DNA of 63,970 nucleotides. It comes from Octopus sinensis (Eukaryota). Location: contig NC_043024.1 in assembly GCF_006345805.1 (NCBI RefSeq), forward strand, positions 9,982,001 to 10,045,970. The letters are read 5' to 3'. Position numbers and translations under genes: made by a program. Within the stretch, counting starts at the first letter, position 1, and each line of letters opens with the position of its first letter. Positions 37,368 to 50,366 of this stretch are shown here, piece after piece. Under the pieces are notes generated by a model. The model searched no databases, was not told the DNA's origin, and was given only the letters and a program-made list of their open reading frames with translations.

Positions 37368-40300
37368 CTGCAAAAGTAGAATTAAATATTTACAAAATAT
37401 TTTTGATTATACACACACACACACACACATATTCTCTCTCTCTCGATGATCGCCTCTACAGCAGGACACTTGCTTCTGTCTGCCTCACTAGAACCGTCCA
37501 TCATCTAGCACAAGATCGCCCCCTCTAATGCCCTTTCCCTTCTCAAAGAATTTTGGTCTTGCAAGCCACTTGGTGACCCTGCTGGTGCTGGTGCCACATG
37601 AAAAGCATCCGGTCTACACTGTGAAGTGGTTGGCATTTGGAAGGGCATCCAACTGTAAAAACCATGCTAAAACTGACCCCTCTTGTGCTGGTGCCACATA
37701 AAACGCACTCAATCCATTGGGGTGGTTGGTGTAAGGAAGGGCATCCAGCTGTAAAAACCACGCTAAATCTGACACCTCTTGTGCTGGTTCCACATAAAAA
37801 GCACTCAATCCACTCTGTGGGGTGATGTTAGGAAGGGCATCCAGCTGTAAAAACCTTGCCAAAACTGACCTCCCCTGTGCTTGTGCCATGTAAAAAGCAC
37901 CCAGTCCACACTGTGAAGTGGTTGGCATTTGGAAGGGCATTCACCTGTAAAAACTATGCCAAAATTGACCTCACCTGTACTGGTGCCATGTAAAAAGCAC
38001 GCAATCCACTCTGTGGGGTGATGTTAGGAAGAGCATCCAGCTGTAAAAACCTTGCCAAAACTGACCCCTCTTGTGCTGGTGCCACATAAAAAGCACTCAA
38101 TTCACTCTGTGGGGTAGTTGGTGTAAGGAAGGGCATCCAGCTGTAAAAACCATGCCAAAACTGACCTCACCTGTGCTTTTGCTATGTAAAAAGCACCCAG
38201 CCCACTCTGGTATCTAGCTGTAAAAACTATGCCAAGCAAAGTATGGTGCAGTCTTCTACCTGGCCAGCTCCTGTCAAACCGTCCAACCCATGCAAATCAT
38301 CACCTGGATTTACTCAGCAAGTTCAACAGGTTACTGATAAATGTATCAGAAGGAACAATCAGAAATGTTGTCCACAAAGACATCAGATATAAGTCTTATA
38401 TTGTTTTATAAGCCGTGTTAGAACTACTGTATATTTTTTTCTACCCAAAAGGGGCTAAACATAGAGGGGACAAACAAGGACAGACAAACGGATTAAGTCG
38501 ATTACATCAACCCCTGTGCGTAACTGGTACTTAATTTATCGACCCCGAAAAGATGAAAGGCAAAGTCGACCTCGGCGGAATTTGAACTCAGAACGTAGCG
38601 GCAGACGAAATACCTATTTCTTTACTACCCAAAAGGGGCTAAACATAGAGGGGACAAACAAGGACAGACAAACGGATTAAGTCGATTACATCAACCCCTG
38701 TGCGTAACTGGTACTTAATTTATCGACCCCGAAAAGATGAAAGGCAAAGTCGACCTCGGCGGAATTTGAACTCAGAACGTAGCGGCAGACGAAATACCTA
38801 TTTCTTTACTACCCACAAGGGGCTAAACACAGAGGGGACAAACAAGGACAGACAAACGGTTTAAGTCGATTACATCAACCCCAGTGCGTAACTGGTACTT
38901 AACCCTTTCGTTACTGTATTTATTTTGAGAGGCTTTGTATTTCTCTCACTTTAAATATAACAAAGAAATTAGTAAAATAACTTAGTTATCATTCAGCTAG
39001 TGTTAGGAACATAAATTGTGACTAAGGTTTGGTGGAAGATTTTAATTCAAAACTTATGAAAACAAGACATTTTATCACAGAGCCAGAGCCAGTTTTGGCC
39101 GGGTTAGTAACAAAAGGGTTAATTTATCGACCCCGAAAAGATGAAAGGTAAAGTCGACCTCGGCGGAATTTGAACTCAGAACTTAACGGCAGATGAAATA
39201 CGGCTACACATTTCGCCGGGCGAGCTAACGTTTCTGCCAGCTCGCCGCCTTGTTAGAACTAATATGTGATCCATTGCACTACAGTTCTTACAAAAGAAAA
39301 CCCATTTGCTTCCTCGACTGCTGGTCATCCAGGTATGTTTTGATAGTCTGGGGACTGTGACCTTTGTAAACAGCTTATACAGGTGAGTCAAGAAGCATAT
39401 GGAAGTGCACGGTGATTAGCAGTTTATAGGAATGTAGCAAGTCATAAAAGGCGGCAATATGACATAATGGTCATTTGCCAGAACAAGCATAATTGTTGGT
39501 AACTCCATTGGTTAAAATTACTGCCCATATACGAATTCTAATACTTTCATCAAAGAAATCTTTCACGAAATACAGTTCTTAGAATTCGGATATGAGCAGT
39601 TATAAAAACCCTGATTTTGGGGAAATTCCTCAGTGATCGTAGGATGTTACTAAACTCCACGACACTCATTCCTTGAGATATTGGCTATTTTTTGTGCCAT
39701 GTTTATGGCTTAAATCCAATAAGACATATTTGAATTGTTGTGAACTCTCTCTCTAGTAGTTAGTATAAAGGATTTTTTACGTGCCACCGGCATAGGGACC
39801 AGAGGGAGCTGGCAAATGGCCACGATCAGTAAAAGCACCAACCAATCGCGGACGTTTGCCAGCCCCCTCTGGCCCCTGTGCTGGTGGCACGTAAAGAGGA
39901 AACCCACTACACTCATGGAGCGGTTGGCATTAGGAAGGGCATCCAGCTGTAGAAACATTGCCAGATCAGACTGGAGCCTGGTGCAGCCTCCTGGCTTCCC
40001 AGACCCCAGTCGAACCATGCAACCCATGCCAGCATGGAAAATGGACATTAACCCTTTAGCATTTAAACCAGCCAAAAGTATTCTGCCTGTTTTATGTTCA
40101 AACTGGCCAGATCTGGTCTCTCACACTAACCCTATAATATCGTTTTAAAATTTAACAGCTACCGCATCAAAATCTCATAGCACCAAGATAATCCCCTGAT
40201 TAGTTCATGACAATGTGGATGAAAAAGGATTAATTTTGGTAGAATAATGTGAACCCTAAAGGGTTAAACCTTTCATATGGGCCTACCACACAGCCCCTTT

Positions 40301-42433
40301 TGCCTCAGCCTCTAAGCAGCGTAAGACCCTACAATATCGTTTTAAAAATTAACAGCTACCTCATCGAAATCTCATAGCACCAAGATAATCCCCTGATTAG
40401 TTCAAGACAAAGTGGATAAAAAGGGATTAATTTTGGCAGAATAATGCAAACACTATAAGGGCTAACCGATGATGATGATGATGATGATGATGATGATAAG
40501 CTACGACAAAATAACTTTACTTTCCAATTGTACTGTAAATGCTAAATGTACATAAATAAACTAATGTAGTAATTATTTTCTCTTTTGTCGCGTTCTTCAA
40601 CTTGTTAATGAAATTTATTTCTGCAATTATAAAACTGTATTTTTTTTATAGCGGTTAAAACAACACAAATTTATTTATCTTCGGCTGTGTGGTAAGTAGC
40701 TTGCTAACCAACCACATGGTTCCGGGTTCAGTCCCACTGCGTGGCATCTTGGGCAAGTGTCTTCTGCTATAGCCCCGGGCCGACCAATGCCTTGTGAGTG
40801 GATTTGGTAGACGGAAACTGAAAGAAGCCCATCGTATATATATATATATATATTATATATATATATATATGTATGTGCGTGTATGTGTTTGTGTGTCTGT
40901 GTTTATCCCCCTAGCATTGCTTGACAACCGATGCTGATGCGTTTACGTCCCCGTCACTTACCGGTTCGGCAAAAAGAGACCGATGGAATAAGTACTGGGC
41001 TTACAAAGAATAAGTCCTGGGGTCGATTTGCTCAACTAAAGGTGGTGCTCCAGCATGGCCACAGTCAAATGCCTGAAACAAGTAAAAGAGTATACATGCA
41101 CGCATAAAATGCCCATCAGCGTTTCAGAGTATATATTTCTCATTATGGCATTTATGTAGCTGGAGTCAGGATTTATGTACAATGATAAGATTTATAACTA
41201 AGTTATAAGTGATGTGTTTATCAATATATATTCCTACTTCAAAAGTAAAATATATTTATTATCTATTTCCAAACAGGAAAGATATAAATAAGATAAAGAC
41301 CATTACAAAAGTATTGGTACACAAACAGTAACTAAACCATCTATAAAAGCAACATCTGTTAATCTGACCAATATGAGTTATTATGAAAGCTATAAGCAAG
41401 TCACAGGGTTAGAAAATTTCTAGCAAACAGATAGTGTTAGCAAATGAAGAACAGATGGTACAATTTTCTTACTAAGGAACCATGATGGTGATGATAACAA
41501 TGATGGTGGTGGTAGTGGTAAGGCAGCGAGCTGGCAGAATCGTTAGCACGCCGGGCGAAATGCTTATCGGTATTTCGTCTGCCGCTACGTTCTGGGTTCA
41601 AATTCCGCTGAGGTCACCTTTGCCTTTCATCCTTTCAGGGTCAACTAAATAAGTACCAGTTACGCACTGGCGTCGATGTAATCCACTTAATCCGTTTGTC
41701 TGTCCTTGCTTGTTCCTTCTGTGTTTAGCCCCTTGTGGGTAATAAAGAAATAGATATTTCGTCAGCCGCTACGTTCTGAGTTCAAATTCCACCGAGGTCA
41801 ACTTTGCCTTTCATCCTTTTGGGGTCGATTAAATAAGTACCAGTTACGCACTGGGGTCGATATAATCGACTTAATCCATTTGTCTTCTCTGTGTTTAGCC
41901 CCTTGTGGGTAGTAAAGAAATAGGTATTTCGTCTGTCTTTACGTTCTGGGTTCAAATTCCGCTGAGGTCGACTTTGCCTTTCATCCTTTCGGGGTCGATA
42001 AATTAAGTACCAGTTACCCACTGCGGTCGATATAATCGACTTAATCCATTTGTCTTCTCTGTGTTTAGCCCCTTGTGGGTAGTAAAGAAATAGGTATTTC
42101 GTCTGTCTTTACGTTCTGGGTTCAAATTCCGCTGAGGTCGACTTTGCCTTTCATCCTTTCGGGGTCGATAAATTAAGTACCAGTTACCCACTGCGGTCGA
42201 TATAATTGACTTAATCTGTTTGTCCCCTCTGTGTTTGGCCCCTTGTGGGTAAAGAAATAGCTAGCGGCAGTGGTGATGGCAACGACATTGGTATTGACGA
42301 TAGTGGTGATGGTGATGGTAGTGGTGGTGACGATAGCACTGGTGAAGATGGCAGGGACGGCGCTAAACCCCAACAAGGCACCTCACCGACAGCGAGGCTG
42401 AGAAGGGCTATGAAATAACATGTTTGTATTTAC

Positions 42434-42520
42434 CTTACAGAAGAGGTTATCATAAACGGAAGTCACACTTTCAATATCTCCTGTGGCACCAGATTTGTCG
42501 CTAACGAGCTTTATCAAGTC
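42434..42520 (-). CDS. ACP2: Acid phosphatase exon (87 nt)
   Basis: cag|DLIKLVSDKSGATGDIESVTSVYDNLFCK|gtaaat. Confidence 0.9.
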
Positions 42521-42685
42521 CTGAAATAATGAATAATTCGGTTAACCGATACCTGGGTAGCAAATTCACGTCAGAAAAACACAGTTGAAGCTACATGCCA
42601 AGGGCAGAGATCACTTGCTTTCGTGTGGAAATTTGTGTGTTTTTTTAAATACAAATAAAGAATGGAGTTGAACAACAAATTAACA

Positions 42686-42790
42686 AAATTCATTTATTCT
42701 CGACATATGTTTCGAAGGCTGCATATTCCTAATTTCGAAGGAATAAGGGGTGCATTATGCCGCCTTCTCATCAGGAAAAACAAGGAACTT
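42686..42790 (-). ncRNA. Type I hammerhead ribozyme, left-arm copy, on the ACP sense strand
   Basis: Reverse complement of the copy at 42924-43028 with an intact core; one substitution in distal stem I (42692). Confidence 0.75.
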
Positions 42791-42923
42791 ATGTCAGCAT
42801 CAAGATGAACAAAAGCTCTTAGATGACTGCCCACACGGAGCCCATTAAAGAAACACTCATTATCGCTATGGGCTCTGTGTGGGCAATCATCTAAGAGCTT
42901 TTGTTCATCTTGATGCTTGACAT

Positions 42924-43028
42924 AAGTTCCTTGTTTTTCCTGATGAGAAGGCGGCATAATGCACCCCTTATTCCTTCGAAATTAGGAATATGCAGCCTTC
43001 GAAACATATGTCGAGAATAAAGGAATTT
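42924..43028 (+). ncRNA. Type I hammerhead ribozyme, right-arm copy
   Basis: Stem I 5' AAGTTCCTTGTTTTTC; CTGATGA (42940-46); extended stem II GAAGGC...GCCTTC; GAAA (43001-04); stem III ACA-TA-TGT; GTC cleavage triplet (C43012); stem I 3' GAGAATAAAGGAATTT pairs at 14 of 16 positions (two G-U). Confidence 0.8.
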
Positions 43029-43346
43029 TGTTAAATCGTCGTTCAACTCCATTCTTTCATTTATTTATAAATATAAATATATATATATATCAGCCGAAAT
43101 TGCGAGGATGATCCGGTTCTTGACTGAAGATTGAAGGCTTCGAATGTCCCGTCCGTGCTTTTTGTATCGTCTTCTAAATGTTTTGCGTTCTTGTCCCAGT
43201 TTGTATTTTTTACATATATATATATATATATATATATATTAAATTAAATTAGAGATAAAACCACTATTAGGCAACTCAAACAGTGATAAGCATAAACCAA
43301 TACATAAATAACAAAAAAATATAATTAATATAATATATATATATAT

Positions 43347-43483
43347 ATGTCAATTTATTTATTTATTTACTAAAATTACAATTGCAAGAATATATATACA
43401 TGTATAACATATTATGCTTTACATATATAATATATAAAGATATCAGTAATTATTAAAATATATGATATACAGGAATAGAAATT

Positions 43484-43526
<43 letters not shown>

Positions 43527-43743
43527 TATATATATCATCATCATCGTTTTGGAAAACGGACGCTAAACGATGATGAGATATATATATATATATATATATA
43601 TATCCCAATTTCTATTCCCGTATGTTATATATTTTAATAATTACTGATATCTTTATATATTATATATGTAAAGCATAATATGTTATACATGTATGTATAT
43701 TGTTATAATTGTCCTTTTAGGAAATATATAAATAAATTGTCAT
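43347..43743. repeat. AT-rich inverted repeat (~145-bp unique arms) around (TA)n and a collapsed family D tail pair
   Basis: ...GGAATAGAAATTGGGA(TA)n TCATCATCATCGTTTT|GGAAAACGGACGCTAAACGATGATGA (TA)nTCCCAATTTCTATTCC... Confidence 0.85.
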
Positions 43744-44756
43744 AATATAATGTCTAAAAGTTGATGAACACCACCTATTGATCCCCCTCCATTTTCTTAT
43801 TGCTCTATGTGTGTGTCAGTGTTGTCAGCATACTGGGTGTATATTACATAGATATTAGATGTATATTATATAGATATTGGGTGCATATCACATAGGCAAT
43901 GGGTATATATTACACAGAAAGTATCAAGTGTATATCAATAAATGTGAGGTTGTGTGGCCCTGTGGTTAGGGTGTTGCACTTATGATCACTAGATCGCAGG
44001 TTCAATTCCTGAATGGAGTGGTGTGCTGTGTTCTTGAGCAAGACACTTTGTTTCATGTCGCCCCAGTTCACTCACCTGTGAATGGCTTGCTTGCCAGGCC
44101 AGCAGGGTGACATCATTCAAAAGATAAAAATGGTATAAAGTGCATTGTGATCAGCAATGTGTAACAACAGCCAACAATCTGGTTGAGCACATGATCACTA
44201 TATATAAACAGCAAAATGTCTGTCTGTGTGTGTGTGTCCTTTATACAAATCCATAATTTTTCAGTTAGAGGGCTCGCACTTTTTATGGTCATTCAAAACT
44301 GTCCAAGGGTGGTCGTGCACATCTTTACATTTCCCCAGTCACCCCGCAAATCTCTATATATATAAATGGCAAAATGTCTGCGTGTGTGTCCTTCATACAA
44401 ATCCACAATTTTTCAGTTAGAGGGCTCGCACTTTCTATGGTCATTCAAAACCGTCCAAGGGTGGTCGTGCACATCTTTACATTTCCCCAGTCACCTCACA
44501 AAGCCATTAAAAAATCAATAGAAGTGACTTTTTTGCGAATTTTCTATCCAAAACCCAATCAAAATGCCCGAAACTTGACACACCAATTGAATGCCAGCTA
44601 GGTGTATGTGATTGGTCGGAGATTTGGACAGTACTCGCGTGTATGTGCGCACGCACGCAGCTATGTATGCATGCACTAGCACTATGACCCGGCGTTGCCA
44701 GGTCATAGTGCTAGTATGACAAAGTAAAATCCTTAAAGATAAAGCCAAAATCTCAC

Positions 44757-44852
44757 CTTGTAATCATCGATCAATTCCTTGAATCTCTTTGATTTTTGGA
44801 AGTTTTCAGAAAGTTTCATGTATTTCGGGCAATTTGATTCCATGTAAAGTAA
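44757..44852 (-). CDS. ACP2: Acid phosphatase exon (96 nt)
   Basis: cag|LLYMESNCPKYMKLSENFQKSKRFKELIDDYK|gtgaga. Confidence 0.93.
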
Positions 44853-46642
44853 CTGCAAAATAAAACATTGACCCTTATGACTGATTTCTTCCCCTGCTGT
44901 GTATAATAAATGAGTTTGTTTTATTTTTTTTTTTTTGAGTAAGAGACAGGGTCTTTTCTAGGGGTCAACAAATGGGAACAATAACAATATGACAAAAAAT
45001 GGTCTTTAACAAGTGTCGAAATAGCTGTGTAGTTACTTGACCCCTTTTGATATCAACCCACCTGAGATAGGCCCTAGTTCTGCAGAACAAACTCCCTGTT
45101 TTAACCCTTTCAGATTATTCTGTCGAATGTATTAAATATTCACATCATGTTGTTAACAACAAACAAGATGAGGACAAATGTAAATATTTTATTTATTTTT
45201 TTATTTTATTTTATCTAGTTTCAGCTCACGAGATGTGGCCATGCTGGGGCACCGCCATTTGGTGTTGCTACATGATTTTACTTCACGAATGCTTTTTAGC
45301 AATTGCCATTTGGTGCATGAGAGAGTTCGATGCAGCTGCCCTCATCTGCACCTCCTGCCGTGAAGTTGGTTCATCTGGGACACCTGACAGGAAGAGATCC
45401 AGTTTTATTTTGAAGACACCTACATCCACCCCATGCAGGTCTTTCAGGTTCTTCGGGAGGATATTGAAGAGCTGTGGGCCTCTGAAGCCCAGGTTATCCC
45501 AGTATCTTGTCCTACATCTTGATGGCAAATTTGGAGTCCTTGGTACTATGCAGTGGCGCCCAATTCTAGTATTTGTGTAACTCTCGATAATATAAATAAT
45601 GTACATAATTCCTCATCTCTTAAATATAGAACTGTAGAACCCTTTTTTGTTAAAAATTAGGTAAAAAAAATGGGAGTTTCTTATACAGGATAGTATTATA
45701 ATCCCTTACTAAACCTTTTTTTCCAAACAAAGAATTAGGGAGTTCCCTATATACATTATCATCATCATCATCATTGTTTAACGTCCGTTCTCCATGCTAG
45801 CATGGGTTGGACGGTCCGATCAGGGTCTGGGAAGCCAAAAGGCTGCACCAGGCTCCAGTCTGATCTGGCAGTGTTTCTACAGCTGGATGCCCTTCCTAAT
45901 GCCAACCGCTCCGTGAGTGTAGTGGGTGCTTTTTATGTGCCACCGGCACAGGTGCCAGGCGAGGCTGGCAACGGCCATCATCATTGTTTAACGTCCGTTC
46001 TCCATGCTAGCATGGGTTGGACGGTTCGACCGGGGATCTGGGAAGCCAGGATGCTGCACCAGGCTCCAGTCTGATCTGGCAGGGTTTCTACAGCTGGATG
46101 CTATCATCATCATCATCATCATTTAACGTCCGTTCTCCATGCTAGTATGGGTTGGACGGTTCGACTGGGGATCTGGGAAGCCAGGAGGCTACACCAGGCT
46201 CCAGTCTGATCTGGCAGTGTTTCTACAGCTGGATGCCCTTCCTAACGCCAACCACCCCGTGAGTGTAGTGGGTGCTTTTTATGTGCCAGGCTAGGCTGGC
46301 AAACAGCCACGATCGGATGGTGCTTTTTACGTGCCACTGGCATGAGGCCAATCGGGGTGGCGCTGGCAACAGCCACGTTCGGATGGCTCTCTTACGTGCC
46401 ACCGGCACTGGTATCACAACTGCAATTTCCATTGACGTTATCGATTTCAATTCAGGATAGCATTATAATCCCTTACTAAACCTTTTTTCCCAAACTTTAA
46501 GCCCTAAAAATCAGGGAGTTCCCTATACACATTAAAATATGGAAATTAAAACAAAAGTAGGGTATTACAACAGAGATATCTTGGTCATATGAGTTAGCTG
46601 TCCCCTAGCTTGCATTTTTCAGTATTAAGAATCGGTTCTTAC

Positions 46643-46795
46643 ATTATCATCCATTCTAGGAACAGTGTGGACAGGAATCGGCTGCCAGGGAATATCAGGG
46701 TTCCAGACATCTTCAGAAGAAGGGTAAAAAAATCCAGCCAGGTTGCTGTAGGCACTCATTAAAGTTCTGTCTTTATCCGTACTACGCACCACGAC
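46643..46795 (-). CDS. ACP2: Acid phosphatase exon (153 nt)
   Basis: tag|[51 protein letters not shown]|gtaaga; RST.DRTLMSA and WQPIPVHT are family hallmarks. Confidence 0.96.
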
Positions 46796-47103
46796 CTACA
46801 AGAGAACAGGAAATAAAAACGAAAGACATCGATAAATACAGAACGTAGCAATAAAAATATAGAATAACAATAGAACCTAGTGGTAAATATAGATGGTTAT
46901 GATAGACACCCCATGATCCATAAAGCCGGAGTGGCTGTGTGGTAAGTAGCTTGCTTACCAACCACATGGTTCCGGGTTCAGTTCCACTGCGTGGCACCTT
47001 GGGCAAGTGTCTTCTACTATAGCCTCGGGCCGACCAAAGCCTTGTGAGTGGATTTGGTAGATGGAAACTGAAAGAACCCCGTCGTATATATGTAGTATAT
47101 ATG

Positions 47104-47168
<65 letters not shown>

Positions 47169-47670
47169 GTATATTTGTCTTTGTTATTTCTCTTTCTTGC
47201 CCACAGGGGACAACATAGAGGGGACAAACAAGGACAGACAAAGGGATTAAGTCGATTACATTGACCTCAGTGCATAACTGGCACTTAATTATCGACCCCG
47301 AAAGGATGAAGGGCGAAGTCAATCTCAGCGGAATTTGAACTCAGAACGTAGCAGCAGACAAGATACCGCTAAGATTTCGCCCGGCATGCTAACGTTTCTG
47401 CCAGCTCGCCGTCTTGTATATTTATTTGTCTTTGTGTCTATGTTTGTCCCCACCCCCCATCATCACTTCACAACCGATGTTGGTGTGTTTACGTCCCCAT
47501 AAATGTAGCAGTTCAGCAAAAGAGACCGATAAAATAAGTGCCAGGCTTACAAAGAATACCAGAAGTCGACGAGCGACCGAAGCACGCAAGGTGGTACTCC
47601 AGCATGGCCACGAGCTACTGACTGAAAACTAACAAGGAAAGAGTAAAATGAGTAAAGAAGATATATTCAC

Positions 47671-47757
47671 CTCATCCGTGTGAAAAGAAGTGTTGAGGAA
47701 TCCATCGTAGCGTTTTCTCAGATATTTTCCAAGTTCATACTGTTGTTGCATGCCAAC
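47671..47757 (-). CDS. ACP2: Acid phosphatase exon (87 nt)
   Basis: aag|[29 protein letters not shown]|gtgaat. Confidence 0.94.
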
Positions 47758-47989
47758 CTTTTCAGACGACGACAGAAGAGAAACGGTTAAGAATTAAGAC
47801 ATAACAGAATGCAAAGAGAGAGAGAGAGAGATGGGACAGGTGTTAAGAGAAAGGGGTAAAAGAGAGGACAGAAAAACAGCGATGTATGTGGGGAATTAAC
47901 CCTTTAGCATTCAAACCGGCCATATCTGGCCAAAATATTTAACCTGTTTTATATTGACACTGACCAAATACCTTGGCGCCATCATTACA

Positions 47990-49990
47990 GCTACAGGTCA
48001 AGGTGAGGCTGACATTAAAACACAAATCGACCTCGCTCGCCAAGCCTTCAACCGACTCGATGCACGACTCTGGTCAAGATCTGAGATCCAACGCACCACC
48101 AAATCCTAACGAGACGTCTGCGTTGGCTGGGTCATGCCCTCCGTCGTCAACCAGGAGAATTCATCTACAAAGCAATTGCCCCAGCTCCCCTTCAGGGTTG
48201 GCGAAAGCGATGTGGTGGACAACGAAAAACCTGTCTGATGACAGTCAAGGCTGATCTGGAACCCAACCTTCGAAGCAATTGCCCCAGCTCCCCTTCAGGG
48301 TTGGTGAAAGCGATGTGGTGGACAACGAAAAACCTGTCTGATGACAGTCAAGGCTGATCTGGAACCCAACCTACGAAGCAATTGCCCCAGCTCCCCTTCA
48401 GGGTTGGTGAAAGCGAAGTGGTGGACAACGAAAAACCTGTCTGATGACAGTCAAGGCTGATATGGAACCCAACCCACGAATCAATTGCCCCAGCTCCCCT
48501 TCAGGGTTGGCGAAAGCGATGTGGTGGACAACGAAAAACCTGGCTGACGACAGTCAGGTCTGATCTGGAACCCAACCTACGAAGCAATGCCCCAGCTCCC
48601 CTTCAGGGTTGGCGAAAGCGATGTGGTGGACAACGAAAAACGGCTGATGACAGTCAGGTCTGATCTGGAACCCAACCTACGAAGCAATGCCCCAGCTCCC
48701 CTTCAAGGTTGGCGAAAGCGATGTGGTGGACAACGAAAAACCTGGCTGATGACAGTCAGGTCTGATCTGGAACCCAACCTACAAAGCAATTGCCCCAGCT
48801 CCCCTTCAGGGTTGGCGAAAGCAATGTGGTGGACAACGAAAAACCTGGCTGATGACAGTCAGGTCTGATCTGGAACCCAACCCACGAAGCAATTGCCCCA
48901 GCTCCCCTTCAGGGTTGGCGAAAGCGATGTGGTGGACAACGAAAAACCTGGCTGATGACAGTCAGGTCTGATCTGGAACCCAACCTACAAAGCAATTGCC
49001 CCAGCTCCCCTTCAGGGTTGGCGAAAGCAATGTGGTGGACAACGAAAACAACCTGGCTGATGACAGTCAGGTCTGATCTGGAACCCAACCCACGAAGCAA
49101 TTGCCCCAGCTCCCCTTCAGGGTTGGCGGAAAGCAATGTGGTGGACAACGAAAAACCTGGCTGATGACAGTCAGGTCTGATCTGGAACCCAACCCACGAA
49201 GCAATTGCCCCAGCTCCCCTTCAGGGTTGGCGAAAGCGATGTGGTGGACAACGAAAAACCTGGCTGATGACAGTCAGGTCTGATCTGGAACCCAACCTAC
49301 AAAGCAATTGCCCCAGCTCCCCCTTCAAGGTTGGCGAAAGCGATGTGGTGGACAACGAAAAACCTGGCTGATGACAGTCAGGTCTGATCTGGAACCCAAC
49401 CTACGAAGCAATTGCCCCAGCTCCCCCTTCAAGGTTGGCGAAAGCGATGTGGTGGACAACGAAAAACCTGGCTGATGACAGTCAGGTCTGATCTGGAACC
49501 CAACCTACAAAGCAATTGCCCCAGCTCCCCTTCAGGGTTGGCGAAAGCAATGTGGTGGACAACGAAAAACCTGGCTGATGACAGTCAGGCTGATCTGGAA
49601 CCCAACCACGAAGCAATTGCCCCAGCTCCCCTTCAGGGTTGGCGAAAGCGATGTGGTGGACAACGAAAAACCTGGCTGATGACAGTCAGGTCTGATCTGG
49701 AACCCAACCTACAAAGCAATTGCCCCAGCTCCCCTTCAGGGTTGGCGAAAGCGATGTGGTGGACAACGAAAAACCTGGCTGATGAGAGTCAAGGCTGATC
49801 TGGAACCCAATCTAGGCCCAAATATCTACGGCGTTCGCCGCTGGAATAAGAAGTTGGAGATCACGCGGTCGTTAGCCTCAAATCGCCAGGCCTGGTCAGC
49901 GTTTGTGAGAGATGCAGCATTGAGGATGAATGAAGCCAGCTCAACCCACCCCGGGTGAATGCTGTCTCAAGACAAGTCAAGTCAAGACAG
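47990..49990 (+). mobile_element. RTE-type LINE 3' fragment containing an ~103-bp tandem expansion (~16 copies, 48170-49810)
   Basis: The repeated segment encodes APAPLQGWRKRCGGQRKTWLMTVRSDLEP; unique RTE 3' coding sequence resumes and ends in a CAAGT-type tail. Confidence 0.85.
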
Positions 49991-50127
49991 AAAAACAGCA
50001 AGCAATAATGGATGGGTGAAGTGGAATTTTCTATTTCTTTGGTTAAAATATGACAAGTTTATTGAGACATAACTTGCAGAAAATAACAATGAGAATGGAA
50101 AAGGGTTGACATGGTGGACCCTAACTT

Positions 50128-50355
50128 TAACCCTTTAGTGTTCGCATTATTCTGCCAAAACTAACCCTTTTTTATCCTCATTGTTTTGAACTAATCATGC
50201 ATTATCTTGTAGCTATGAGATTTTGATGAGGTAGCTGTTAATTTTTGAAACGATATTGTAGGGTTGGTGTGAGAGACCAGATCTGGCCAGTTTGAACATA
50301 AAACAGGCAGAATACTTTTGGCCGGATATGGCTGGTTTAAATGCTAAAGGGTTAA
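50128..50355. mobile_element. piggyBac-like MITE family 2 (also ~31230-31443, 40048-40267 and fragments)
   Basis: TTAACCCTTTAG...AATGCTAAAGGGTTAA termini. Confidence 0.8.
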
Positions 50356-50366
50356 TCTAGACTTAC

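Larger units (their letters stand above)
42657..43057. repeat. 400-bp palindrome (189-bp arms, 22-nt loop), probably a Penelope-derived inverted terminal repeat
   Basis: Arms 42657-42845 and 42868-43057 are near-identical reverse complements; loop TAAAGAAACACTCATTATCGCT. Confidence 0.93.

Noticed and set aside
43092-43150. GAAA...CTGAAGA motif (relative at 56068-56120 with CTGAGGA) as a permuted hammerhead
   Set aside because: Stems II and III could not be paired consistently in either copy.
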